Origin: Octopus sinensis
Lineage: Eukaryota
Direction of reading: 5' to 3'
Length of the DNA stretch: 64,000 bases
NCBI RefSeq assembly: GCF_006345805.1
Contig: NC_043004.1
Coordinates: 101,184,001 to 101,248,000 of the forward strand
Made by a program: the position numbers and the translations under genes. Numbering within the stretch: position 1 is the stretch's first letter; each line of letters begins with the position of its first letter. Below the pieces are notes generated by a model, which saw only the letters and a list, made by a program, of their open reading frames with translations, ran no database searches and was not told where the DNA came from. This document shows, piece by piece, positions 23,771 to 37,610 of the stretch.

Positions 23771-25366
23771 GTATATATTTTTTTTTTGTAGCCGACACGC
23801 AACTGAACCTATTAACATATTTCTCTTTCACACACACATTCCTCGCACGCGCGCGTATACACACACACACACACACACACACATACGCGAATTTCAGACA
23901 CAATTTTCAACATATCTCTTATCATTCACACACTTTTCAACATCTCTCTCACACATACATATGCTCTATGCGTCTCTAATTTCACACACACACACACACT
24001 TCTCTCACTCCTCCATCTTGTATTCATACATTTTAACCCTTGAAGATATATGTATGTGTTTTGGGGGGAAGTTTCACACATTTCCTTTTACAATCACCAT
24101 TATCTACATCTCTGAGCCTATTTCACCTCTCCTTCTCTGTCTGTCTGTCTCTCTCTCTCTCATCTTTTATAGCCGCCTCGTTATGAGATGTGTATACAAA
24201 TACAGAGAGACAAGAGGGGTGGTGAAGGATCTAGACTAACGTAATAGAGCCAATAATTTAACACTTAGCCATATCCTTCAGATCCTAGCAGGCTAGATGT
24301 AGCGGGGGTTGTTCTGTCAATGTCTCTCTTTTACACTAGATCCTTTTCTCTCTCTCTCGGTATTTTTGTATCTGTCTTTCCCCTCTCTATATCTCTCCGT
24401 TTATCTTTGTCTTTCTGTCTCTGTTTCTCTCTCTCTCTCTTTCTATCCCACTGTTTCGTTTCTCCTACCTTTCATCTGTCCAACTACCCATCAACTTGAC
24501 TTGTCTGTCCGTCCGTCCGTCCAACATCTCAAACGATGTTAAGCTCCAGTGACTACTGCCTAGTTGTTTCGACTCTTTCGATCCCACCACCACCACCAAC
24601 AACAACAACCTCTAAGCTCTCAAGATCAAAGTTGACATCACTAACCTCTTGCTTCAAACATTTGACCTTTGGTCAAGAATTAATAATCACCAATCTAATT
24701 GACCACTGATTACATCGTCAACAACATACACCTCAACCCCTCCCTTTAACGCCACCTCAAGTATTCTCCAGTAACACCACGCCCACTATTACTAAAAAAA
24801 AAAACCTCATTATGACCTCCCTCACTATCCCTTATTTTGTTCCCTTAGTCCTATTTCTCTCTCCCGTTCTTTTCCCTCTTATTATCGGTTGTTCAAAACT
24901 CGTGTTCTCCAAATACATTCATTAAAGGCCACAGTTTCTCTCTATCTGAATGCATGTATATGTATGTGCGCTCGACTCATTCACTCACTTCACCCCCGTC
25001 TTTCATTTTTTCTCGTTATTTGACGACGAAGTAGGTTAGGTCAGATGTTTGTATTACTTTTCTCAAAGCACCCTTTCAGAATACCTGAGCATTCATACGT
25101 TTTGTAAAATGTTTATTGTACTCGATGCGACAATAAACAAGTGTAGAAAGCTCGCAGAATAAAGAAATATTTTTCTATACCCGGATAATTCTACAAGAGC
25201 CTATCTGTAATAACACAATCGTGAACATTATAAAGCGCGATTATAAAGATGGAGTAACATTGATCAGAATTGCTGCACCGGTTTTCCAAAGTGATCGGAA
25301 ACTATCGAAGACTCCGAGGGCGGATTTATGCTGGAGGAGTCTACAGGATGAATATTAACGTCAAAT

Positions 25367-25743
25367 GGAAGCACTCCGTCGGTTACGACGACGAGGGTTC
25401 CGGTTGATTCGAATCAACGGAACAGCCTGCTCGTGAAATTAACGTGTAAGTGGCTGAGCACTCCACAGACACGTGTACCCTTAACGTAGTTCTCGGGGAT
25501 ATTCAGCGTGACACAGAGAGTGACAAGGCCGGCCCTTTGAAATACAGGTACAACAGAAACAGGAAGTAAGAGTGAGAGAAAGTTGTGGTGAAAGAGTACA
25601 GCAGGGATCACCACCATCCCTGCCGGAACCTCGTGGAGCTTTTAGGTGTCTTCGCTCAATAAACACTCACAACGCCCGGTCTGGGAATCGAAACCTGTGA
25701 CCGCGAGTCCGCTGCCCTAACCACTGGGCCATTGCGCCTCCAC
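25367..25743 (-). mobile_element. Full-length tRNA-derived SINE (distinct family) with 11-bp TSD
   Basis: Minus-strand head GGAGGCGCAATGGCCCAGTGG..GGTTTCGATTCCC; TSD TAACGTCAAAT at 25356-25366 and 25744-25754. Confidence 0.9.
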
Positions 25744-27427
25744 TAACGTCAAATATTTAATACATGAAGATTGGCCGAGCATGAGAGCTCCTGTGTAGCA
25801 GATAAATCTTTCGGATTTTGTTGTCTATTAAAAAAATTACCGATGTGTTTTTAAGTCTTAAATTTCTAGATAAAGAGAACTCTGATCAAATATCTCTTTA
25901 GGCTGCAGTTGAAGCACTGTAAGTGGCGACATCGCTTTTATTTTTATTTTATCGGTCTTAAATCTTCTCTGGGCAAGAAGGGTTCACAGCGTTCGAAAGC
26001 AGTGACAATTTTCGTGCCCATTACTGTATGTAACTGTTTGATTACAAGAAATGTTTTCACCTCCTACTCGCTACACATCTGAAATGGAAACTGCGAGATA
26101 TAAGCAATGTTGAATATCCGACCGAACGGTAACAATTTCTATTCTCAGCTGAAGCTGCTATTTGCACTTTACAAAAATTGGTAAATCTCTTTCTGCAGGA
26201 AAACTAGTATCGCAGCTACAGTTCTTGCGGCCCTGTTCCTGCACCACTAGAACGCTTAGATATTCTTTTAATTGTCTCTCTGAAAAAAGCAAATCGGAAG
26301 CCGTTGTAGTGCTTTCTTTTTGAGATATAATATCGAAAGCAGGTTATCTAATCTAGACTGTGACGTCTTGCGTTTACCAGAAAAGAAGCAGATCACCTGC
26401 ATTTAACAAATTGATCATGAATGATTGCTTCATTTAACGTTTTCCCATTCTTTGTATTTTGTGTGTACTCAGAACTCTCTCTCTCTCTCTCTCTCTGCAG
26501 CTGATTGAATAATTTTAGGAAATCTGTTTTGAATCTATTTAATTCTCATATTGTACAAGATTAAAAAGCCAGTGTCTTGGTATATAATCTCTTCGCAATG
26601 AAACGTATCTCTCAGGCAGCAGCTAAATTACAGTCAACACTAATTCGGGATATTTACCTTAAATTGTTATACTAATAAATGTTACTTTTGCCAGAAACCC
26701 CACGAAAGATTTTTTTTTGTATAAATAAGATTTCAAATCACTCACTATTCTATGAAATTTACTCCTTATTAATAAATGCATAATTTAATTGCCTTCATAT
26801 GAAACCATGTTCATTGATGCTTATCTTTATTAAAGAAAGACTCTTTTTCATTATAATTTTGTGGTTATAATATACATTTCTATACATCTCTCCAAGCGTA
26901 AAAATAGACCACGAAATATAATATGGTATAATCTAGTTTTGTTTTAAAGTAAGAACATACTTTAAATTCACTTCCTTCATTTTTGATGAATCATAGATAT
27001 AAAAAATAGAGCAGAAATTCGATTAAGTTAAGCTTTTATTGTTGTAGGAATTTTGCAACCTCAATAATCATTTTAATTCCAAATGTCTTTCCTAAAACAG
27101 TAATATTATGTTTTTCTTCTTTCTGTAATTATACTTTCATAAATAATTGTCCCTTGACGGTAATTGTTTTTCGAAGCTCTAATTTATTGTGCTAAGGTTC
27201 ATCCAGATAATAACAGTACAATGGAAACTTAAAATGAATTAACTGAAATCTGCATTAAAGTTTACTTTTATCAACATATTCATGTATTCAAAAACCAAGG
27301 AAGGTGGCCGTTTTTATTTCAGTTTGAGTGTTTACTGAATGACCACCGATTTTTCCTTTTTTAATATGTAACTGTCTTTTAAAGGTATGGCAAATCTATT
27401 ATGTGGGAAATAAACCATTTTAACCAG

Positions 27428-27517
27428 TTGGTATTTGAAAGTTCTTCAATAAACATCAATGGAAGTGTCTGCAAGAATTCACCAGTCGATGTTTATTGAA
27501 GAATCTACAAATACCAA
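27428..27517. ncRNA. Candidate pre-miRNA-like hairpin
   Basis: ~35-bp imperfect stem with a ~13-nt loop; no TSD; no second copy noticed in the window. Confidence 0.3.
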
Positions 27518-27619
27518 ATGACGAAAATAGTTTATTTCTTTATGGATTTGTCGTACCCTAAAACATAGTCATGTACAGAAAAGAAGAGTTATACATCGAC
27601 AAGCAGACTTCATTCGCAG

Positions 27620-27941
27620 TAGCTACCTTCCTTTTTTGTATGTGTGTGTGTCTGTATATATATATGTGTGTGTGTATATGTGTATATATATATGTAAATA
27701 CGTGTAAGTATATATGTGTGTACGTATATATGTATTCATATTTGTGTATATATATATATACACGTGTGCATTTGTGTTTCTGTATGTATATATATGTATG
27801 TGTGTATAGATATAAATGTGTATATATAAGTACATACATATGTGTGTATGTGTATATATTTATGTGCATATATGTATATATGTTTGTATATATATGTATG
27901 TATAGATAGATGTATGAATATATATGTATGTATGTATATAA

Positions 27942-27977
<36 letters not shown>

Positions 27978-29108
27978 GTATGTATATGTGTGTATATGTA
28001 TGTAGGTATGTATATATGAATATGTATATATATGTATGTATGTATATATATGTATGTATGTATATATCTATTTATGTATATATGTGTGTGTTTATATATG
28101 TGTGTCTATATATGTATTATTTATGGGCATATATGTATGTATTTATGTGTATATATGTATATATACATGTATATGTATGTGTATATATGTATCTGTATAT
28201 GTATGTGTATATATGTATCTGTATATGTATGTGTATATATGTATCTGTATATATATATATGTATATATGTATCTGTATATATATATATATATATATGTAT
28301 CTGTATATATATATATATATATATGTATGTGTATATATGTATATATATATATGTATGTATATATATGTGTGTATATGTATGTATGTGTGTATGTATATAT
28401 ATATGTATGTATGTATGTGTATATATGTATATATATATATGTATGTGTATATATGTATATATATATATGTATGTGTATATATGTATATATATATATGTAT
28501 GTATATATATGTGTGTATATGTATGTATGTGTGTATGTATATATATATGTATGTATGTATGTGTGTATGTATGTATGTATATATATATATATGTATGTGT
28601 GTATATGTATGTATATATGTATGTCTATATGTGTATATGTATGTGTATATATATATATGCATATTTATAGATATGTATGTATATTTATATATATAGATGT
28701 GTGTCTGTTTTCTCGTACCCTCACCCTGACCACGGCTTTCAACCGATTCTGATGAAACTTGACACACACATAGCCCAATGTCATAATTCAAAACTAAAGC
28801 AGCGAAAATTTTGAAAAGTTCCCCCAGTTCTGAAAAAAATCGATAAATTCGACATGGGGTCGAGAAATAGAAACACAAACCGCAAACTGTCTAGGGGACG
28901 CAACTCCACCTTTTAACTAAAAAAAAAAATTACCATCATTTTTTTCCATTTTTTTGCTATTTTTGGCTATAACTCTCTAAAATGCTTTATAGTTATTTCC
29001 CTTACAAACCTGAGCAACGCCGGGCGATACTGCTAGTATGTGTATATATATGCATATCTATATGCACATATTTGTATATATATATGTATATATATATATA
29101 TGCATATA

Positions 29109-29145
<37 letters not shown>

Positions 29146-30180
29146 GCATGTGTGTGTGTATATATATATGCATACATATATGTATATATGTATGTATATA
29201 TGCATATATGTATATATGCATATATGTACATACGTATATATATATATGCATGTATATATATATATGCATATATATCAGTATATATATGTATATATGCATA
29301 TATATATATAAACTATATATATGTATTCCATACATGTGTATATAACCTACATATATGTATATATATATATATATTTATATATAACATACATGTATGTTTA
29401 TATATGTGTATATATATGTATATATATGTTTATATGTATATATATGTATATGTATATATATGTATATGTATATATATGTATATATATGTATATGTATATA
29501 TATGTATATGTATATATATGTATATGTATATATATGTATGTGTATATGTATGTATATATATATATGTATGTATATATATGTATATGTATATGTATATATA
29601 TGTATGTGTATATGTATGTATATATATATATGTATGTATGTGTATGTATATATATATGTATGTATATATATGTATATGTATATATATATATGTATGTATA
29701 TATATATGTATGTATATATATATGTATGTATATGTATGTATATATATATGTATGTATATGTATGTATATATATATGTATGTATATATATATGTATGTATG
29801 TGTACATGTATATGTGTACATGTGTATGTGTATATATGTATATATGTGTGTATGTGTATATATATATGTGTATATGTATATATATATGTATATATGTGTA
29901 TATGTATATATATATGTATATATGTGTATATGTATATATATATGTATATATGTATATATGTATGTATATGTATGTGTATATGTGTATATATGTGTATATG
30001 TATATGTGTATATGTGTGTGTATGTGTATATATGTATGTGTGTATGTATATGCATATGTATATATGTGTGTATATATGTGTGTGTATATATGTGTGTGTG
30101 TATATGTGTGCGTATATATGTATGTAAATATATATTTATATGTATATATATATATATAATATATATATATATATATGTAT
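27620..30180. repeat. Long (TA)n/(TATG)n/(TG)n compound arrays flanking a Helitron copy
   Basis: Read directly; source of the long YIY/CVY pseudo-ORFs. Confidence 0.95.
28690..29036 (+). mobile_element. Non-autonomous Helitron-like element
   Basis: Matches 63534-63908 in reverse; 3' hairpin plus CTAG|T; 5' end obscured by microsatellite. Confidence 0.8.
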
Positions 30181-30259
30181 GTCCATATCCTTAAATCCTT
30201 AAAAATGTTTTAGCCCGAAGCCCTGGCCATGCTGGGGCACCACCGCTGAATGTGCTGCA

Positions 30260-30745
30260 CTAATATGTGAATCCACCTCTGATACGTGGCACTTGATCAA
30301 CAAGCGAGTTCGATGCTGCTGCCCGTATCTGTGTCTCCTGTCGTGAGGTAGGTTCATCTGGGGCCCCCGTTGAGACGATCTTCTTTGTGTAGCTTCTCTG
30401 AATTGCTTCGAGTTCTGCAGTTAGTTTTATATTGTGTGGTGACCACAGTTGGGAGCAGTAGTCCAAGCGGCTGAGGACGAATGTTTTCCAGGGGACCATC
30501 AGTGTCTCCTTCTCTCTTGTTCTGAAAGTTCGGAGAATCCATCCAGCTAGCCGTCTGCATTTTATCACCAGATTAGTAATATGCACTTGGAAAGATGCAT
30601 CATTGCTCATGTCAATGCCCAGGTCACGCACTGATTTTGACTCAGAGATTGCAATTCTTCCTGGGCCAGTGTATCCAGTCTGCACGTCGTTTACCTTTGT
30701 GTGCCGGTAGCGCTGGGCCTGGAACTTACCTGCATTAAACTGCAC
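30260..30745 (-). mobile_element. CR1/L2-like LINE fragment, RT C-terminus with internal deletion
   Basis: ORF reads QFNAGKFQ..VRDLGIDMS..WILRTFRTRE..FVLSRLDYCSQLWSP..LEAIQRSYTKKI. Confidence 0.85.
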
Positions 30746-31852
30746 TCATATATATATATATCTATATTTATATACATATATATATATATAAGATTATGAC
30801 TATATCACGTTTTTTGTGTATGATAACTAAATAAATCAATGTCTTTTTTTTTTCTATGTAGTGAACTTTTGATTACTGTGTAATCATGTTTTGCCTTATT
30901 GGGAATACCTTTTCTTTCACATTGTCGCAATGCTTTATACTTCAAATTCTTGAATTAACGGCAACGTGAAACCTGGGTTGATGATAAAGTATTCAAAAAG
31001 CTTCAGCTTTTAATTAACAAAAAATTATTATAAAAAAAAACACTTAATGTATCGCATATTTTTCTCATTTAACCAATGTTCGCTAACCCATGTATATCGA
31101 TATGTGTGCGTGCGTGCTTCTAACTGCACATACGTACATGTGTGTTGCATGTGAACTTTACACAGTTGTGTGGTGAAAGACTTTGATAAAACAATCAATA
31201 ATTAATTAATTAACGATAGAGAGGTGAACTCCGACCAGTGCATGTGTGTTTACAATGCTTCTTCTCCATAAACATTCACGAGTTTAAATGATATTATTAC
31301 ATTCCACCATCGTGTTTTACTGCTGTTCAGACGATATATCAAAACTAAGCGATTGTTATTACTGTTGTTAGAGTTGTTATCATTTCAAACAATAATCTTG
31401 CCATGCCATCGTCACAGATGACTCTACTTGCAAACTTTTAATAATTATTGGCTTTGACCTAAATTTCAAAATATTTTCAGTGTCACTGACTCACTGTGTC
31501 ATACAAGTCCTTATAACAAATATTTGTTTCTCTGTATATTGAAATGTATATTAATGTAGCGCACTATATCTCTCTCTTTCTCTCTCTCTCTCTCTTTCTC
31601 TACGTATATATAATATATGAATATTTCATTCTCTCTATATTTATCTGTCTGTCTGTGTATTTCGTCTGTCTGTGTATTTCGTCTGTCTATTTGTTAATTC
31701 TTCTCCCCTTTTTTAAAAATATTTCTAGGGTTCGTTTTGTTCCCTCCTTACCATCGAGATACTTTCCACTTTAACCCCCCTCTCTCTCACTCACTCTCTC
31801 TTTCTCTCTTTCTCTCCCTCACTCACTCTCTCTCTTTCACTCACTCTCTCTT

Positions 31853-31908
<56 letters not shown>

Positions 31909-31955
31909 GTTGCCAGGTACGATTTTTTTTTCTTTTTATATCTTATTTTTTCGTT

Positions 31956-32343
31956 GGATCTTTTCGGTTTGAACGGCAGTTTTTTCTAGCAGTCTCATAT
32001 GAAATTGTCACCCATAATTATGACCCTAGTATCGATCTATTGCATTTCAATCTGTTTTAGGGTTAGGGTTAGGGGTGGGGGGAAGAGTATCTTTTTTTCT
32101 TCACAAATGTAAATAAGCCCAATCTGTATTCATACAGCACAGAATGTTTTCACCTCAATAGACGTCATTGATTGGTTGAAATTGCAGAAATTGAAGAAAA
32201 AAAACTACAAATATCTTACAAACTTTAGAATTTTCTCAATAAAGCCAAGACAAAAAGATGTTTTATAAACACATTCTACCAGTATACGAAGTTTAAAAGT
32301 GGAAATTATTAAAAAAAAACTGCCGGTCAAACCGAAAAGATCC
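31956..32343. mobile_element. MITE with 8-bp TSD and internal TTAGGG repeats (Merlin-like)
   Basis: TIR GGATCTTTTCGGTTTGA.CGGCAGTTTT; TSD TTTTCGTT on both sides; second copy at 44639-45050. Confidence 0.85.
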
Positions 32344-32494
32344 TTTTCGTTTGGACTTGTGGAACTCGACAATGTGCCATGGCTTGTAGCATAAGCGTAT
32401 GTATCTGTTGTGTGTATTCAAGTATGTGTCTGTGTTACTACTTCAGAAACGTATATGTGTATGCGGGTGCACTTGTGTGTGTGTGTGTGTGTTC

Positions 32495-32725
32495 TTATTT
32501 CTTTATTACCCACAAGGGGCTAAACATAGAGGGGACAAACAAGGACAGACGAATGGATTAAATCGAGTACATCGACCCCAGAGCGTAACTGGTACTTTAT
32601 TTATCGGCCCCGAAAGGATGAAAGGCAAAGTCGACCTCGGCGGAATTTGAACTCAGAACGCATCGGCGGACGAAATACCACAAAGCATTTCGCCCGGCGC
32701 GCTAACGTTTCTGCCAGCTCTCCTC
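32495..32725 (-). mobile_element. Meta-domain-type SINE, full length
   Basis: Reverse-complement match to 46524-46761. Confidence 0.9.
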
Positions 32726-33109
32726 CTCATGTGTGTATGTGTGTGTGTGTGTATGTTCTGTTTTATAATGTGGGATAGTATTTTTTCTTTAGTTAATTGT
32801 ATGTGTGTGTATGTGAAAAAGTAATGTAAACAGGTGTGCGTCTGTGTGTGACTTTACAGAGCTTATAAGTGTTTATTCTTAATGCAGGTGTGAATGTGTG
32901 TAAAAGGAACGGTAAGAAAAGACCTTGCTCTATTTTCATTGTAAATATCAAATTTGTGCATAAAACTCGTTTCTGCTTCCTATTTTGTTTTCCTTCTTGA
33001 TTGCATTTTGACAATTTCCTTTAATTTTATTTTACATTTTATTTTTTTTTTTAAATATATTTCAATTTTCCTAATGGAGGATGGTGCCAGAGATAGACAT
33101 ACGCAATAA

Positions 33110-33229
33110 CGGCTCTTTTATCTTTTACTTGTTTCAGTCATTGGACTGCGACCATGCTGGAGCACCCTCTTGAATGGTTTAGTCGAACAAATTGACCCCT
33201 TATGGAAAGACTTCCGTTCCCATTTTCTC

Positions 33230-33261
<32 letters not shown>

Positions 33262-33920
33262 CGACAAAAACCTACTTTTCCGGGTACGGAAATTCCGGAA
33301 AATTGCAAAAAATCGGAATTTTTACATTTTTGTCACCCCCCCTCCCACTACTCCCGCCCCCAATTTCTTCATTTTTCTCTTTTTTCCGCAACCCTTAACC
33401 CTAAGTAGAAATATTTTTGGAAATTTGTTTCAGAATCATTATCTCCGTATTTTTCTGCATATTTTGAAAAAGAAATTCTGAAAAAAGTTTAAAATGAAGA
33501 ATTAAGGGGAGGGGTTAATTTCAAAATGCCGATTTTTTTTTTTTTTTTTTTTTTTTTAGATTCGTATTCTCCGAAAATAGGTGTTTGTGTAGAAAAAAAA
33601 TTAAATAAAAAAGGGGGGGGCAAAAGTAAGTCTTGTCCTACCCCCTTATCTCTTACTTACTGGTACTTACTCTGTCAATCGCTTTTACTAAACTGGTGAG
33701 TTATGAGAACATAAGCGAACCAACACAGGTTGTCAAGTGGTGATGGTTGTGGTCAAACACTAACACACACACAGATAAGATTGATAGATAGTTATGATGG
33801 GCTTCTTTCAGTTTTCTCCTTCCAAATTCACTCACAAGGCTTTGGTCGGTTCATATCTTTGGGATTGAACCTGGAATCGTGGTTTTGAAGCAAACTTCTC
33901 ATCACACAGCCACACCTATA
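33110..33920 (-). mobile_element. Old CORE-type SINE interrupted by a ~450-bp homopolymer-rich insert (~33200-33650)
   Basis: 3' part at 33110-33200, remainder at 33655-33920. Confidence 0.6.
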
Positions 33921-34259
33921 CCTTGGGTGTAGTATTTTTTCTCTCTCAGCCAGCGGGGAACTGAGTTGTCAGTAAATCGGGCACTGCCTGAGCTCTGAGG
34001 GACCCACACTCTACATGTTAACTCTACTGACATCAATGCTAAGGGGCCTGTTAAACAGTTATGCTCTAGGGCCCTTAATACTCTCAGTCCTCACCTGTTC
34101 TGAGATGTCCTTCATTAAGAAGACAAAATGTAGTTTGTGTCCTTACAATTTTTTTTTTTTTTCTGTGACCCCCAGTTGGACAAGTATGCCACCTGGAAGT
34201 ACAAAGTATATTTATCCACTGTCTTTATCTTCCAAAATTTCCAGCCTTTCTCCCTTCCT

Positions 34260-34620
34260 CTTTCATCATCATCATCATCGTTTAACGTCCGCTTTCCATG
34301 CTAGCATGGGTTGGATGGTTCGACTGGGGTCTGGAAGCCAGAAGGCTGCATCAGGCCCAGTCTGATCTGGCAGTATTTCTACAACTGGATGCCCCTCCTA
34401 AAGCCAACCACTCTGTGCGTGTAGTGGGTGCTTTTTACGTGCCACCAGCACGGTGCCAGGCGAGGCTGGCAACGGCCACAATCGGTTGGTGCTGTTTACG
34501 TGCCACCGACACAGAGGCCAGTCGGGGAGGCACTGGCAATGGCCACGTTCGGATGGTTCTTTTATGTGCCACCGGCACTGGTATCACAACTACAATTTCC
34601 ATTGATTTTTGAGCGATTTC
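34260..34620 (-). mobile_element. Element with RTE-like 3' end and (GAT)n tail
   Basis: CATCATCATCGTTTAACGTCCGCTTTCCATGC..CTGGATGCCCCTCCTAAAGCCAACC; related copy at 37330-37610. Confidence 0.7.
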
Positions 34621-34989
34621 GATTCTGATTTTGAGTGTACATATGTATTGGCAGTGAGTGATGGGGTATATATGCTTGACTGCATGGACTGCAAGACACC
34701 CCACTGCCTAGTAAATTTGCCCCAACAAAGGTGTCACCTCCTACAAACAGAACGAACGGGATTGCCAGAGTACAAAGAAAACACAAACTGTGCAAGTCTT
34801 CAGACAACTCCTTGCTTACTTTCAGTCCCATCGGTTTACCAGTGCCCAGCCTGGAGCAGAGCCTTCTGAGCACGCATCACACTGATTGGACACACTGTGC
34901 CCCAGCTTCTTATTCCATGCAATGTCTTTGGTTATCGTCAACAATGACGGACAAATTGATAATCCTTGTATATGTGTATATATGTCGGT

Positions 34990-35520
34990 GCATACGTGTA
35001 TGTCTGCGTATGTGCTAGTATATGCATATATATATTGTATGTGTGTATGCATATATATATTGTATGTGTGTATGCATATATATATTGTATGTGTGTATGC
35101 ATATAAATATTGTATGTGTGTATTGCATATATATATATTGTATGTGTGTATGCATATATATATATTGTATGTGTGTGTATTGCATATATATATATTGTAT
35201 GTGTGTATTGCATATATATATATTGTATGGTGTATTGCATATATATATATTGTATGTGTGTATTGCAATATATATATTGTATGTGTGTATTGCATATTAT
35301 ATATTGTATGTGTGTATTGCATATATATATTGTATGTGTGTATTGCATATATATATATTGTATGTGTGTATTGCATATATATATATTGTATGTGTGTATT
35401 GCATATATATATATTGTATGTGTGTATTGCATATATATATATTGTATGTGTGTATTGCATATATATATATTGTATGTGTGTATTGCATATATATATATTG
35501 TATGTGTGTATTGCATATAT
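34990..35520. repeat. Minisatellite, ~24-28-bp unit GCATA(TA)nTTGTATGTGTGTATT, about 20 copies
   Basis: Read directly. Confidence 0.9.
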
Positions 35521-36539
35521 ATTGTATATCCATAAGGATATACAATATATATGCATAAATATATGCCATAGTAATATATTGTATATCCGTAAGGATATAC
35601 AATATATATGCATAAATATATGCCTTAGTAATAAGGCATATATTTATGCAAATGCACATTTATACACATATATGCTTACAAATGCATATATGCATGTGTA
35701 TATCTGTATGTATTGGTGTGTGTATATATGTGTGTATGCATTTCTATGTATGTATATGTGTATGATGTGTGTATATACATGTTTGTGTGTGTGTGTGTAT
35801 ATATTATGTATATGTGTGTGTGTGTATGCATGCATGTGTACATAATCTTAACTAGCTGATGTTTAATACACACTTTCCTAATGCTTCAGTGTTCTATTCT
35901 AGAACACTCAGTTTCTGTTTTTCCCGACTCCTTAATTGCTCTTTATACTACACTTAGCATTATTTATATTCCTTACATGTTCTCTATATCCATCTAGCCA
36001 AAAGTAATAAGAACACAAGAGAAAAAAACCCATAAAATACCAATACATACATATATATATATATATATGTACACATGCATACACATATATATATGTAGAA
36101 CACTTGAGTCTTCTTAATTGTCCCTTATTTTACACTAGAATCTGAATCGGAAAAATTTCTAAAGGATTCTGAAGAGATTTCTAAAAGATTTGTCAGAAAG
36201 TAGGACATTTTATTTATTTTTAGAATTTGGTTATGTTGTTGTTGTTGTTTTTGTTTTTTTTATCAATCTCTTCTGCAACTTTTTTCTTTTTATTCATTCC
36301 TTCCTTTTTATTTATTCGCTTTTATTTTCTTCAGGGTTTTTACATAAATATAATCCATGGAATTTTGTCGATGTTGTTATTCGCTTCTTTCATAAGTTTA
36401 GAATATATATATAATAAAAGAAAGAAAAAGCAAAAATTCATTTTCTTTCATAGACATAGGCATGACTGTGGTTAAGAAGCTTGCTTTGTAACCATGTGGC
36501 TTTGAGTTCAGTCCCACTGTGCAGCTCTTTGTTGTTGCT

Positions 36540-37325
36540 GTTAAGGTTGCAAGCTGGCAGAATCGTTAGCATGCCAGGCATAATTCTTAGCAGCATTTCA
36601 TCCGTCTTTACGTTCTGAGTTCAAATTCCACCATGGTCAACTTTGCCTTTCATCTTTTCAGGGTTGGTAAAATATGTAATCGACTTACCCCTCCCTGAAC
36701 TTGCTGGCCTTGTGCCAAAATTTGAAATCATTATTATTATTATTATTATATTGGAAGAACAGCCTGTGGAAGGACTAATTCTGAGCATACACCTGTGAGA
36801 AATAAAAGAAGGGCTCTTGCCCTGTTAATCAGGCACCCGTGGCTTTTGTGGATTTTTCCACAAGGACCTTAAAACACCTCCCCTATTGGGAGTTTTAATT
36901 TGTTTCATTTGTTATTATATATATTGTGTACATGCAGAAAACCCATTATATCCTCCTGATTTTGTCTTTTATGGTGTTGCATGTCATTTAATGCTTTTAT
37001 ATGTGATCCCTTGTGGCTAATAAAAGAATAATTTATTATTATTATTATCATTATTATTATTAAGACGGTGACTTTGCAGAGTTGTTACTGTGTTGGGCTA
37101 AATGTTTAGCAACATTTTTTCTGGCTTACGTTTTGTGTTCAAATTTCACCAAGTCAACTTTGTTTTTCATCCTTTCAGGGTCGATAAAATAAGTACCAGT
37201 TGAACACTAGTATTGATATAATTCACTAGACCCCACTTTTAATTTCAGGCCCTGTCCTCATAGCAAGAAGGACTTTGGTGGCAAGCTGGTAGAAATGTTT
37301 AGCACTCTTGACAAACTGTTTAGCA
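36540..37325 (+). mobile_element. Cluster of old, CpG-decayed Meta-domain-type SINEs
   Basis: Copies near 36545, 37065 and 37280, separated by (ATT)n tails. Confidence 0.75.
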
Positions 37326-37329
37326 GTAT

Positions 37330-37610
37330 TACTTTTTGTTCTTTCCCAGTGCCACCTGACTGGCTTCCATGCCAGTGGCATGTAAAAAGCACCATCTGAA
37401 CTTGGTCAATGCCAGTGCCACCTGACTGGCTTCTGGGCTGCTGGCACCCACTACACTCTCAGAGTGGTTGGCATTAGGAAGGGCATCCAGCTGTAGAAAC
37501 CTTGCCAAATTAGATTGGAGCCTGGTGCAACCTACTGGCTTGTCAGTCCTCAGTCGAACCATCCAACCCATGCCAGCATGGAAAGCAGACGTTAAACAAT
37601 GATGATGAGT
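37330..37610 (+). mobile_element. Element with RTE-like 3' end and (GAT)n tail
   Basis: GGTTGGCATTAGGAAGGGCATCCAGCTGTAGAAAC..GACGTTAAACAATGATGATG. Confidence 0.7.

Noticed and set aside
24655-24790. TGACCTTTGGTCA nuclear-receptor-like site plus CCAAT and GC boxes
   Set aside because: Short motifs are expected by chance in 64 kb, and there are no conservation data.
27558-30194. Long ORFs of 200-373 aa rich in Y/I/M/C/V/H/T
   Set aside because: These are translations of TA/TG/TATG microsatellites, as are the similar ORFs at 190-1950, 12-13 kb and 34.8-35.9 kb.
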